A stretch of DNA of 64,000 bases from Octopus vulgaris. Its lineage: Eukaryota. The stretch covers positions 106,702,001-106,766,000 of the forward strand of contig OX597820.1 in the NCBI GenBank assembly GCA_951406725.2, read 5' to 3'. Positions 13,296 through 25,600 of this stretch are shown one piece after another (position 1 is the first letter of the stretch; each line of letters starts with the position of its first letter). The notes under the pieces are model-generated. The model searched no databases, was not told where the DNA came from, and saw only the letters and a list, made by a program, of their open reading frames with translations. The position numbers and the translations under genes were made by a program.

Positions 13296-13512
13296 AGATG
13301 CACAATGTGTGTGGCAGAAATAGCAGTGGTTGTCTAACACTGGCAATAGCTATAATGTTTTTTTATGCACCAAATAGCCATATGAGAGTTTTCTATCTTG
13401 GAAAATATTGCAGTATTTGTATGTTCTAATACAACAGCCACTTTTAAGTGGTGAATATTTTACCTTTTATATATTTGTGTGTGTGTGTGTTAGATAAAGA
13501 TAGTATTGGCCA

Positions 13513-14022
13513 GTCTATGGGATTACACTGGGTTTCATGTCCATAAAGTGCTTAACTTTATGGCATTTCTTCAGAACTTGGTGGCCAAAGAACGAAGGGA
13601 CTCCACACATAATCTAATGGAAGATTCTAGAAAAGCCAGGCTCCTACATCAATGGGAGCTAGCATTGCAAGCTGTGCATAGTTGAATGGGAGAGAATATT
13701 AAAGAACTCCCTTGATCCAGGGAACATTTTAAATTCCAGGACAGAAGTCTTCAGACCCTGCTTATGCTTCAGGAGATTCCTACATAAGTTCTGGAACCTA
13801 CAAGCTGACAATGTCGATTAGAGATAGTGGTCTAAGGGAGACAATCCCTTGCACTTAACCCATCTCTTTTGTCCATGTTTTCAACAACTAGCCAACTAGC
13901 TACGAGGTCTTTTCTCTCCCCACTTTGGAAAGAAGTTATAGGCCACCAACCATTAGGAACTGAAGAAACTTCTCTACAGCTAATCGCTTTATGGATATGA
14001 AACCCTGGGCAACCTCATAGAC
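13513..14022. mobile_element. Non-coding element with ~38-bp imperfect terminal inverted repeats (MITE-like)
   Basis: Left end GTCTATGGGATTACACTGGGTTTCATGTCCATAAAGTG matches the reverse complement of the right end CGCTTTATGGATATGAAACCCTGGGCAACCTCATAGAC. Confidence 0.5.
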
Positions 14023-14206
14023 TTCTCTTTTGGATTTATGATTTCCTGTCGATATATATATATATATATAAAAGTAATTTTAGAGACAGAACTACCTTCA
14101 ACTCAATCAATACTGAAAGGTTTTATACTCGACCACTCCATAAAATGTTAAAAATTAAATCTTATACTAACTATATATATTCTGAATCCTGTATTTTCCA
14201 TTTATA

Positions 14207-14293
14207 AGACTACATGTGTTTCGTGAAAGTACGTCGGTATTGATTAGATACGAGGTACTTACTCGGGTCGACATACTTCCAATCTTCAGGTCT
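14207..14293 (-). ncRNA. Type I hammerhead ribozyme-like motif in a probable Penelope pLTR (~14070-14720)
   Basis: Minus strand: AGAC-CUGAAGA-U-[13-bp stem II UGGAAGUAUGUCG/CGACGUACUUUCA]-C-GAAAC-ACAU-GUA-GUCU. Confidence 0.7.
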
Positions 14294-15538
14294 GGATTCC
14301 TCAACATTTTTCACTACCCCTATCTCTTATATACTTAGATGATACTCTATATCTTCAATATAATCTTACTTAACATGTACAAATGAATAGAAATACAAAT
14401 AATAAATAAAAATGATAACTGAATATTAAAAATTTAAGGAGTAAAAATTTAAGGAATAAAAAATAAAATAAAAAGTTAAGGAATAAAAAGTCAAGGAATA
14501 AACATTTAAGGAAAAAAACATTTAAGGAAAAAAGCATTTAAGGGAAAAAATTTTAAAGAGAAAAAAATACAAAAATTACGAATAAAGGTTCTGAATAACG
14601 AATAAAGATTTGCGAATAAACAAATACGAAATAAAAATGAAATGATAATGAGACAACAATGAAATTATAATGAAATAAAAATAGAGACGAAAATAAAACG
14701 AATATTAACTTATCTTTTCTTTCCTTGGCAAAAATTAGACAAAGCTACATCTTGCAAATATGGTAAAATCTGTGTTTGATAATACCTATGTATAGGAGGT
14801 ACTACAAATAAATGTCAGAAAGTACACACACATATATATAAATGTATGTGATGTAGATATTGTAGTAATGAAGTCAAATCAAATAGTGGTATTTTTAAAT
14901 CATCTAGTATGTATGTTTCAGATTTGCATAATAGGAAATGCATCCATTACCCAAACCTTCCTCAGTTAAGACATTCCAAAATATTTTGACTTCATTATCA
15001 CAATTTATAGAACTCAATACCCACAAACTAGTTGATCTAGACTCCACTTACACAAATACTCTGACAACAATTTGGGGATGGGGTGTATTCTTTGTATATG
15101 AGAATGTATACATGTTTGTATTTATCTTTACGTGTGTGTGTGTGTGTGATGTATAAATGTCCAGACACCTTCACTCATAAATGTACCTGTGTGTTTGTAT
15201 GTCAATCCTCACAGAGGAGATGATAAAGGACTGAGGCAACTGGTGAAATGCTTGAGAAGATCCATCCAACAAAGTTAAAATCCATGTCCATGACCCCTCC
15301 TTCTCCCACAACTCACCCATGCTCACCACCACTGTTCTCCCTCCTCTCCATTCTTCTCTACTTTCTCACATACTTACCTGCACACAATATACCCCTGTTA
15401 AATCCCTTCCTTTCTTCCACACTTTTAGCTCTCACTTTCCTTTTGAAACCTTGTGAACTAACACACCTACCCATCTTCTCCAATCTGTAACTTGAGTGTA
15501 TGGCCTCTGACCCCTCCTCTCTGTCACATCTTCACTAC

Positions 15539-15598
<60 letters not shown>

Positions 15599-15699
15599 CC
15601 TTCTGAGGTAGCCATGTCTCTCTTCTAATGCGAGATGACCTTTTCTGTCCCTCAATATTACTCCCCACCAATTGAAAGGTCTTATCCTGCAAGTTACTT

Positions 15700-16110
15700 G
15701 GTAACTTCACTGCTGCTGGTGTCGTAAAAAGCAGCCAGTACACTCTGTAGTTGTTAGCATTATGGAGGGCATCCAACCAAAGAAAAGACACCAAAACAGA
15801 CAACAGAGCTTGGTGTAGTCTTCTGACATGCCAGCTCCTGGCAAACTGTCCTATCCATACCAGCATGGAAAACACAAAATTAAATTATGATGATGATGGT
15901 AGTGATGAAGCCAAGTGAAATCATAATTGTGGCCAATGCCAGTGACACATAACAGGTATCCATGCAGGTGGCAAGTAAAAAGCACTCTTTGAATCTGGGG
16001 CCTCATGGAGGAAATGATAAATGACCAAGATCTTTGGTGGTATGCCATGCCTGAGAAGACTCATCAAGCCATGTGAAAACATAGTTGTGGCCGATGCTAG
16101 TGTCACGTAA
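15700..16110 (+). mobile_element. RTE LINE 3' UTR fragments
   Basis: Similar to 3770-4160. Confidence 0.65.
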
Positions 16111-17379
16111 CTATGAGATAATGCATGGTTAATTCAAAACTGTGAATACATAAGCATTACATTTGACAGAATAATCTGAATGCTAAAGAGTTAAGGGATT
16201 AGAAGTATTTTTCCCCTCTGAAAGAAACAGTAAGAGTAACCACTCCTTTCTTCAAAGTCAGTTCAAGTATTTCTTAGAGGAATTTAACCTACTTTTTAGA
16301 TAGATCTTCTATAGTACCATAAGTAACCTAAAAGAAACTTTGATTCAAACCTCTGAATGACCTATATATGCTCTGTTTAATATCTTCTAGAACCAGTTTT
16401 AAATATATGCTCCAGTGAACATGAACAATAATATACTCAAATATATTTCTTGGTAGCTATTTAATTCAAGTATTGATGTAGGCAGTCATTGTTTATGTTA
16501 TTGCTTTACTAGTGGTTAACATTATTCTGTCCCAGTCCCTAAAGACCCTAAACAATAACAAAAATTTCTCACACTAAATATAATGAATCTTATCAGAGAG
16601 CATCAAATCATTTTTAATACTCCTTTGTCTATCATACCTCAGAAATATCCTCACCATACTTTCCTCTACCCAGACCATAAAAACCTTTCTCAAAACTAGC
16701 TGATTAGCTGAAATTTAAGAATTACTGTCAGCTCTTTTCTTGTAAATATATACATAGTAGTTGTCACCCAGCCTTTGCCCCCATCTATACTGTATACAAA
16801 TGTACTCATAAGCCATCTATTGTAATGCCTATGAGTCAGGTCCATAGTTAAAGTCTGCTGGTCACCACTCTGCATAACAACCTGATTTGTCATTGCTCTG
16901 ATGTTTCCTGTTCACTGGAGCAGGAATTTTTGGCTGCATTGCTTTGAATTTGTTCTGTTAACACCTGGTCAGTTAAGTGGGCTTTTCTGTAGGCTTCTGT
17001 TGTTTCTGCTCTGGTGTCTTGAGTTTCCTCAAGTGGGTTTACCTGGTTGTTTCAAACTGAAATCTTACTTCTCATTGCTCTTGTGACTCCACAATATTTT
17101 GTTGTCTCTGAGATGGAGCCTGTCCTCACTTTCTTCTTGTGTTTCTCAAGCCCTCTGACTTCTGAAGCATTGGGCTTCAGATGACTGAAAAGTATTACGT
17201 TGTCTTCTATGCATCATACTGAATGTTCTAAAGTGAAATATTTAAAAATTCAAAATAAAATAGAATAATGACACACACACATACATGCGCACACACACAC
17301 GCACACACATGTGCGTGCGCACACACACACTATCAGGACAGTAAATACACCTCCCCAGGAAGACCTACAGTCATTCTGG

Positions 17380-18020
17380 CAGGGAATCTGGAATGTAAAC
17401 AAAGAACACAACCATAAAGCAACATGGTTAAATGACCCACAAAGTGAGTACTGAGTAAACACCTCTCCCAAAACATATAACATCACCAGTGAAACACTCC
17501 TGACAATTATTACAAAACTGCTGAATGGAAAATCTTTTGGAAGAAACCTAATAGTAAGCTACTGGTATAAAAAACTCATGTTCTACAGGGAAATGGATGG
17601 TGAGTTAGATACACCAGATTGGTTGACGGTTGCACAGATTACTCTTATTCGCAAGAACAAAGAGACTCATGAAGCCAAAAGCTATAGGCATATTGCATGT
17701 CATAATGTCAAGAACAAACTGTACACAGGCTGTCTGAATATGTTTCTCCATGACCATTGCCAAACAAATGATGTAATAAGTGATGAACAGGCAGGAGGAA
17801 AGAAAGGAGTCTGGGGCTATGCTGGACAGCTTCTCCTCAGCAAAACTGTCCCTAAGGAAGCCAAGCAATATCGCCATAATCTCTTAATGATATGGTTACA
17901 CTACAAGAAACCTTTTAACTCTGTGCCTCACTCATGAATGATAAAATCATGATACCATGTCAAAGTACCAGCTACTATAGTGAATGCCATTGAAAGGCTA
18001 ACTGCAACATTATCCACACA
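17380..18020 (+). mobile_element. R4/Dong-like non-LTR retrotransposon RT fragment
   Basis: PDWL...TLIRK..T...SYRHIAC..K.YTGCL..EQAGGKKGVWG..QLLLSK..W..YKKPFNSVPHS. Confidence 0.8.
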
Positions 18021-18059
18021 TTATTCCTTGCAAAAAGTCTACAGAGATGGATGTTAGAG

Positions 18060-18650
18060 CCATCACATTGAATCTGGTCCTGAATGAAAACTTTTGCTAC
18101 CACTTGTACAAGAGGTGCAAGAGACAAATTCTGACAACAACTTGATGCTGGCAGTGAAGCTGCTGAGGATGGTGGTCAAACACTGGCTGGAGAGGATTGC
18201 TGCTGGAAGGCCGTGTGTGACAGCAAGATTCAGCTCCTTGCTGTAAATCCAGAAAGGATTAGAAGTGGTTGTCAGAGAATTTACATGACTTCACCGGCCC
18301 CAATTTTTGGCCTTGTAATTGCTCTGGTTGTAGTCCCATGGATTACTATGTGAGAAGCATGTTTGAGAAAAACACCAACTGTACTGCATGTAGCACCAAA
18401 GCCAAGCTGGTAACCAAGATCAAGGAAATTGTCAAAAGATCTTCCCAGGGACACAGTGAAGAATGAATTTGTTGGGTCCTAAGGCTCTTTTGAGACTGTG
18501 TTGGAAGCTAAGGATGCTACTCTGAGTAAACTGATATCTCCCAGTCATAATCTAGCAGGTATTTTTTGATCTTGAAAATACTTTAAAGTTTGGATGGGAT
18601 ACTGTGTTTTCCTTTTATGTAAACTGCCAAATTTAGCCTAAGGACCCTAT
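18060..18650 (+). mobile_element. maT/DD37D-like transposase fragment
   Basis: WLSENLHDFTGPNFWPCNCSGCSPMDYYV; related to 2443-3324. Confidence 0.7.
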
Positions 18651-19351
18651 GTATATTTTGATTCCTTATTTTTTTATCTTTATATATTTATTATATATTT
18701 TTATGATTTTATTGCTTATATGAGAAGAATTCTTTCATTCTATCTCAGTTCATTATGGAGAAAGACAGAATGCTACACTAACTAAAAAATTTGTTGTTAT
18801 AAGAAATAGGAAAATGGCACGTAAAAAAATCAGGTACTTATTTGAAAAGTCACCTGAGGGGATGCATCTACACCAATAATGCATGATAAATGATTGTACT
18901 GCATCTCACCAGTAAAGTACGGGTGCATGATGAATCAAAACGATCATGGTGATTTTGAATAAACAGTCTCATGAATTCCTCTACAGACACAAAGAAATTC
19001 CTGAAGTAAATCCAGGAGAATATATTTTCATACTGTTGTTGACATCAGGTAGCCAAATACTATGAACAGGCTTTAAGCAACATACTACAAGGTGTCTACC
19101 CAAATATAAAATTATTACTATATATATATATATATCTATATATATATTATATTATATTATATTATATATTATAATATATTATATTATATATATAATATAG
19201 ATAATATGTATGTGTATATTATGCACATAAATATATGTGAATGTACATGTATATACACATAAATAAATGCATGCACATCACACAGATACAAACACCACGT
19301 TCATTCATACATTGGTTTTGTGGTAAGAAAAAATATAAAATCTTTTTCTAC

Positions 19352-19637
19352 CTTGGTGTTGATCTTCTATAATAGAGACTCTCAAAGTTGGACGTGTATC
19401 CTTCTTTATAACTGGAGCATGAACCAATGGTGTGGGAACCACTGGAACAGGAACCACTGGAGCAGGAACCACTGGTACACGTACATGGATGTTATGTACT
19501 TTCTTCATTATTCTCTGTTTAAGATATCTGCGATGTTTAAAGCGGATGTATTTTAAATATGCACTACAAAGAATTAAGGATATATTCAGGAGTAGGAAAC
19601 ACGCCAGCAGAGATTTTTTTGATGACCAACCCCTCAT
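19352..19637 (-). CDS. UPF0489/C5orf22-like gene B, first coding exon (286 nt, ends phase 1): hydrophobic N-terminus, Pro/Val stalk, start of catalytic-like domain
   Basis: MRGWSSKKSLLACFLLLNISLILCSAYL...VVPAPVVPVPVVPTP...PTLRVSIIEDQHQ, compared with remembered C5orf22 PKLPVWVVEDHQE. Donor CAAG|gtagaa. Upstream acceptor tcttatatcag at 19711 implies a 5' UTR part 19638-19710. Confidence 0.8.
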
Positions 19638-20157
19638 GTTTCAATATATACTCTTTACACAACTGTCAACGTGTTTTGCTCAAGTGAATTGGGAGCAACA
19701 ATCTGTAGCTCTGATATAAGACAAAGATATAAAATAAGCTGTGTTATGAATAAGTACACTCCCAATTTAAAATTATGACGAATGGCTTGTAAACAGAAAC
19801 AAATCTTATATCTTTTTTCAGTTCAGATCAGTATTGATCAAATACACTTATGATCAAGTGTTCAAGTTATGGCTGCTATCCCATCTCTTTTCTTTTACTT
19901 TATCTTATTCTTTTATTTTTTTTTTATGCAGACAATATATCATGTATCATTTTTTTTTTTTTTTTGAGGGCAGTAGGGAGTAATTAGAGGTGATTAGATT
20001 TAGTAAGAAGACTGTTTCCAGTCTAGTCTCCAATAAATTATTTTCAGAAGAACTACTTCGTTTTAATATTATATGCAGATTTAGGATTGGGGAATAAACT
20101 ATCAGTATGAGCAAATGTTTGCTTGTGTGTGCTTGTATGACTGTGTGTATGTATGTG

Positions 20158-20261
<104 letters not shown>

Positions 20262-20774
20262 ATACACACACATGTTTGTAAATATGTGTGTTGGTTTTGC
20301 ACCTGTAATGCTCTTAGTAGTATAGGTGACTCGTCAGACTCAAATAGCAAAAGTGGATAATCTTTCTGTGACTGGAGGGAGACATACATCATGGTCAGTT
20401 AGTTTTGTAAAAAAAAACTATTTGTCCGTCCAGGGAAGCTGCAAGTGGGACAGGATTTGTAGTAGGAAACTTGAAGCAACAAACTTGGAATTCCCAATTC
20501 ATTGAATAGGCCCACTGCAGCTCCTTCAGTGTAAAGGGGATAACCCCATCCCACCTGCTGCACTCCTGCATGGATAAATATCTTTTGTTTACATAACTAG
20601 CTGATCATGACATATTTCTTCCTTCAGTTGCCTATACTGCTAAGCACTTTATAGGCACGAAACCAATGGTTACCCATTGACCAACCATAACATTTAACCT
20701 CCTAAAAAATATATTACTGATCTAATACTTTAAAGTGTGCTTCTTTTCTGGATAAACAAACTACTGACAATATC

Positions 20775-23700
20775 ATCATTTTACATCCATTTTCTATGTT
20801 GACATGAGTTGGATGATTTGACCAGAGCTGGCCAGCTGAAGAGCTGTCCAGGCTCCATGTCTATTTTGGCATGGTTTTTGTGGCTGGATCTCCTTCCTAA
20901 CGCCAATCACTCAACAGAGTGTACTAGGTGCTTTCACACAGTACTGGCACGGGTACTTTTTATATAGCACCAGCACCCATGAGCTCGCAAGATTGGAGTC
21001 ACTCAGCTGAAGAAGGATGCAGAAGACGTGCCTGTATGCAAGGACATGTTCCCTCCACAATGAGAGATCGACACTTCTTGATGCAACTGTCTTCATTCAT
21101 ATGCATTACATGACCATACCAGCACAGTCTTCTCTCTTGCACACTACATCTGATGCCTTGTATTCCCAATTTTTCTCTCAAAACACACTCTGTTGTATAT
21201 GCACACTGACATTATACAAGGTGGTATCAAAAAGTTCCCGAACTGGCTCTGTAGCATGCCAACAGATGACAGCACATGTTTGCGTGTGCAGTAAGAGCTA
21301 GCAGTGACCTTCATGAGGCAGTGTGCTGAGTGACATCCCTGTGTTTACTTTGCAAGGTGTGAAAATTAGGTTGTTGTGATCACATGTATGCTATCATCTG
21401 TGATTTTGTCATAGACTGGAAAGAAGAGCTAATGTGGAATTTTTTCTTAAACTTGGGAAGTCTACTACAGAGACATTGAGTATGCATCAGTAAGTTTAGA
21501 GTGATGAGGCAATGGGTCGTACGCAATGTTGTGAGTGGCACAGGCACTTCAAAAGTGGAAGAACATCCTTGGAAGAGTGAGTGAGCTGGAAGACCTGCCT
21601 CAAGTGTCACCTCCAAGAAATGTGGTATTGTGCATCAAGAATTCATCCCCTCCCAGAGCCAGACCATCAATCGAGAGTTCTACTGCAACGTTTTGAAGTG
21701 TTTAAGGGAGGACATCTGGCAAAAGCAACCGGATCTGCAGAGCACAAAGAATTGGACTCTTCACAACAATAATGCACTCTATCACCAAGTTCTCACTCGT
21801 GAGTTTCTTGCCAACTGCATGATACTGCTTCCACATCCACCTATTTACTAGATTTAGTACCTGAAGACTTGCATCTCTTCCCCAAGATGAAAATGCAGCT
21901 TTTAACACCATTTTCAAGATCCAGAGCGAATTGCAGAAGGTCCTTGACTCATTTATGGAAAACAACTTCCAGGCTGGATTCCAAAAGCAGCAGGAAGGCT
22001 GAGACTAGTGTATTGCTGCACAAGATAACTATTTTGAAGGAGATGATGTTAAAACTTAGGGAAGTAAGATATTTTTTATTAAACATATCAAGTCCAGGAA
22101 CCTTTTGACACCACCTCATACATCCAGTAAAGCATATTGGCTTCATTTCTTTCAAGTCTTTGCACACCCTCAGTAGTCACAGCCCATGTCTCATTGCCAT
22201 GTTCATACACAGACATCATACAATTTGCCTTCCACTCTAAGGGAGAGGCACTTCCTTACTAACAGAGGTAGTACTTCTAAAGGACCCCCCCCGACTTTTG
22301 AGGGAGTCTATTTTTGTACATTCTAGATGTTTAATACACCTGCACATCTGCCACGTGTAAAGACTATTTTCTCTGTAAATCTTCTGGTAATACTGCTACA
22401 CCTTTTATGTGTCCATGGCTTGCACTGGGTACACCATATGAAGTTTCTCCTAATACCTTTTTTGCATAGTGAGCAGGGTCATCTCCTTGAAGGGATCATC
22501 ATCATAATCGTTTAATGTCTGCTTTCCATGCTAGCATGGGTTGGACGATTTGACTGAGGACTGGCGAACCAGATGGCTGCACCAGGCTCTAATCTGATCT
22601 GGCAGAGTTTCTACAACTGGATGTCCTTCCTAATGCCAACCACTCTGAGAGTGTAGAGTGTGCTTTTATGTGCCACCTGCAGTCAGGCAGTACTGGCAAC
22701 AGCTGGTGTTTTTTACGTGCCACCTGCACAGGAACCAGTTCAGCAGCACTGGCAACCTCATATGAATGTTTTTTCATATGGCCAGTCTGATGATACTGGC
22801 AAAGGCTACACTCAAATGGGGTTTTTTACATACCACCTGCACAGGAGCCAATCCAGAAGCACTGGCAATGACCTCACTCGAATGGATCTATTTGTTTATT
22901 TTCCAAATTATTAGGACTATATTGTGGGGTACATTCTTCACCAGAGTAGGTCTTTGCATTTATGAGTAACCATGCATATCATTTTCTGGTAAGAATGTAA
23001 TCAATTTGACTAGCATGGCCATCCAATTGGTAGATTATCAGGTAACTGGTTAGCTTTCTGAAGTTTGTGTTGCAGATCATTAGGTTATTTTGAACCACAG
23101 AACTCCAGTAGCCTTGTTCTCACCTCAATTTGGGAACCAATTCTATGAACCCTGTGTACACCATGGAAGATACTCAGGAGCTACCTAACATGTCCATTGA
23201 AATCACCAGCCATGAAGATGAGGTCATTGTCATTTGTCTTTGAGATAACCTGCAAAAGAATATCATAAAAATGTTTCTTTTGTTCATTTGGCAGACCCAC
23301 TTTTGGTGGGGCATAGGCAGAGATAATTGTTGTTATACTACACTGAAAAAGTAGCCTAGGCTTAAGTACTCTGACTACCTCAATCACCTTATCCACCCAT
23401 TTCTCTGCTAGAAGTATGCCAACACCACCTACACCATCAGTTACCTTCCCAGAAGATTTTATACCTATATTTCTTACCTGTGAGGAACCTGGCTGAAGCT
23501 CCTCTCCACCTTACTTCTTGAATGCAACACACATGAACATGTCTCCATTCAAGCATCTCAACAATCTCACCAGAACTATCTTTCAATGTGCCTACACTGA
23601 CAGTGCCAACTCTGAGGAAGTGGAAATGGATATGGAAAGGAACATGGAGAGGGGTAACAGCATCCAATATCTGAAAACGTTTCAATGAACATTTGCCAAC
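20775..23700 (-). mobile_element. Internally deleted RTE LINE with nested insertions
   Basis: EN fragments (VGTVSVGTLK, CCIQEVRWRG, AGDFNGHV) at 22960-23690. RT C-terminus at 20990-22495. 3' tail at 20775. Interrupted by a mariner and a second RTE tail (22497-22880). Confidence 0.8.
21217..22118 (+). mobile_element. Mariner-like DNA transposon, internally deleted
   Basis: TIRs CAAGGTGGTATCAAAAAGTTCCCGAACT and AGTCCAGGAACCTTTTGACACCACCTCA, flanked by TA. Motifs LHNNNAL and LPHPP.Y..DL.P.D..LFPKMK. Confidence 0.85.
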
Positions 23701-24089
23701 TGACTTGTCACATCAGTTATCCTTACATTAATCTACCATCATCTATTCATGGTACACTTGCTTTTTCTGTTGGATGTGAGTGCAATACAAGCATTGTTTA
23801 ATATACACTATCGATACAAACATAATTAGATAAATAACAAAAAATAGTGAATTGATTAATTCATTATAAGTAAAGAGAAAGAATATTTATCTATCTAGGT
23901 CGTCCCTCAGGATACCCCAAGACTGTTTCCACAAGTTTTCCCCACTCATTTCAATCTTCCATAATGAGAAAAGTTTGTTGACTAAATAAGTATTGCAGTC
24001 TTACTTTGGTGTAATGTGCATGAGACTACTGGGGAGAAGCTTTCTGGTAAAGAGGAGAGATTCCTCTGGGTTCTCATTCCTAAGGTGTG

Positions 24090-24860
24090 TTATTATTATT
24101 ATTGTTATTGTTCAGGTCACTGCTCAGAATCGAACTCGGAATTTTGGGGTTAGTAGCCCGCGCTCTTAACCACTATGCCATATGCCCATGGGCAATTATG
24201 GAGTGAATTGTAGGGCTTATAAATCTAATCTTTTCCTATCCTTCCTTAATACCGGTTCCCATATGCTGCTCATATCTGCACTCGGTCTGCTTAGGAGGTT
24301 GTTGTGTCTTAGCATATGTGCTGCTTCTTTTAGTTTTTGTATTTTCCACTGGTGTTCTCTGTCTATTATTTTAACTTCATCCCACGGGGGGAAGTGGTCT
24401 CCATTTTTCCATACATGATCAGCTATACCCGATTTATCAATATCTCCCCGTGTCACAGCTTTGCAATGTTCCTCTACCCTTATTTTGAGGGGGCGGCATG
24501 TTTCGCCTTTGTGTAACCTACCACAGCTGCGTGGGATGGAGTACATGCAGTCTTTGGTCATATTCTCTTCTATTTGTGGTTTTACTCGAAGGAGATATTT
24601 GCGAAGTGTTGTATTACTCTTGAATACTGTCCTGATGTCATATGGGCTGCATATCTTTTGTATCTTTTCGGAGAGGCCTTTCACATAGGTTAGACAGACT
24701 GTGGACACTTTATTGGCCTCGTCCTCTCTCTTCTTCATAATTGGAGTGGATAGTATACTTTTGGGGTAGTTGTTGCTTAACAGATCATTATTGAACTTGA
24801 TCATTTCTTCGTGGTGTGTATCACGATCGCTACTTATATTCTTTGCACGATTCCGAGTTC
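24090..24860 (-). mobile_element. Penelope-like element 3' fragment (GIY-YIG endonuclease) with tRNA-like 3' module and (AAT)n tail
   Basis: LTYVKGLSEKIQKI...CMYSIPRSCGRLHKGETCRPLKIRVEEH..SGIADHVW..H...W....LKEAAHM. Confidence 0.85.
24115..24187 (-). other. tRNA-like (pseudo-tRNA/SINE head) sequence
   Basis: GGGCATA-TGGCATAGTGG-TTAAGAGCGCGGGCTACTAACCCC...GAGTTCGATTC: A and B boxes at tRNA spacing, but the acceptor stem does not pair. Confidence 0.6.
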
Positions 24861-25000
24861 GATTCCAAGCAGTGAAGCAAAGTAACACCAAATATATAGT
24901 GTGTGTGTTTTTATTGGATAAACTGACAAAATGACTATTCCTAAATACAACAATATCTGTTTCAACACACGATTTTACATCAAAAATCTTGCAAAACAAA

Positions 25001-25045
<45 letters not shown>

Positions 25046-25364
25046 CATTATTATTATTATTATTATTATTGTTGTTGTTGTTACTGTTCCTAGTAGTAGT
25101 AGTAGTGGTGGTGGTGGTGGTGGTGGTGGTGGTGGTGGTGGTAGCAGTGGTGGTGGTAGTAGTAATGGTGATGGTGGTAACAGTAGAAGTAGTAATGATT
25201 GTAGTAGTGATAGTTGTGGTGGTGATAGTAATAGTAGTAGTAGTGGTGGTGATGATAGTGGTAATGATGGGAACAGTAACATACACCAGAAACAGGAACA
25301 ATGAGAATATCACTAGCGATAATCAGAATGATAGCAATAATGGTAGTGGTAGGAATAACAGTAA

Positions 25365-25404
<40 letters not shown>

Positions 25405-25600
25405 GGTGGTGGTGGTGGTGGTGGTGGTGGTGGTGGTGGTAGCAGTGGTGGTGGTAACAGTAGAAGTAGTAATGATTGTAGTAGTGATAGTTGTGGTGGT
25501 GATAGTAATAGTAGTAGTAGTGGTGGTGATGATAGTGGTAATGGTGGCAATAATGGGGTTGATGATGGGAACAGTAACAACAGAAATAGTAGTAGCGGTA
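25001..25600. repeat. Compound (TTA)n/(GTA)n/(GTG)n trinucleotide mosaic, internally duplicated
   Basis: Blocks ~25090-25280 and ~25360-25580 are two copies of the same mosaic. Confidence 0.9.

Noticed and set aside
24115-24187. Functional tRNA gene
   Set aside because: Acceptor and anticodon stems pair poorly, and the sequence is attached to a retroelement end.
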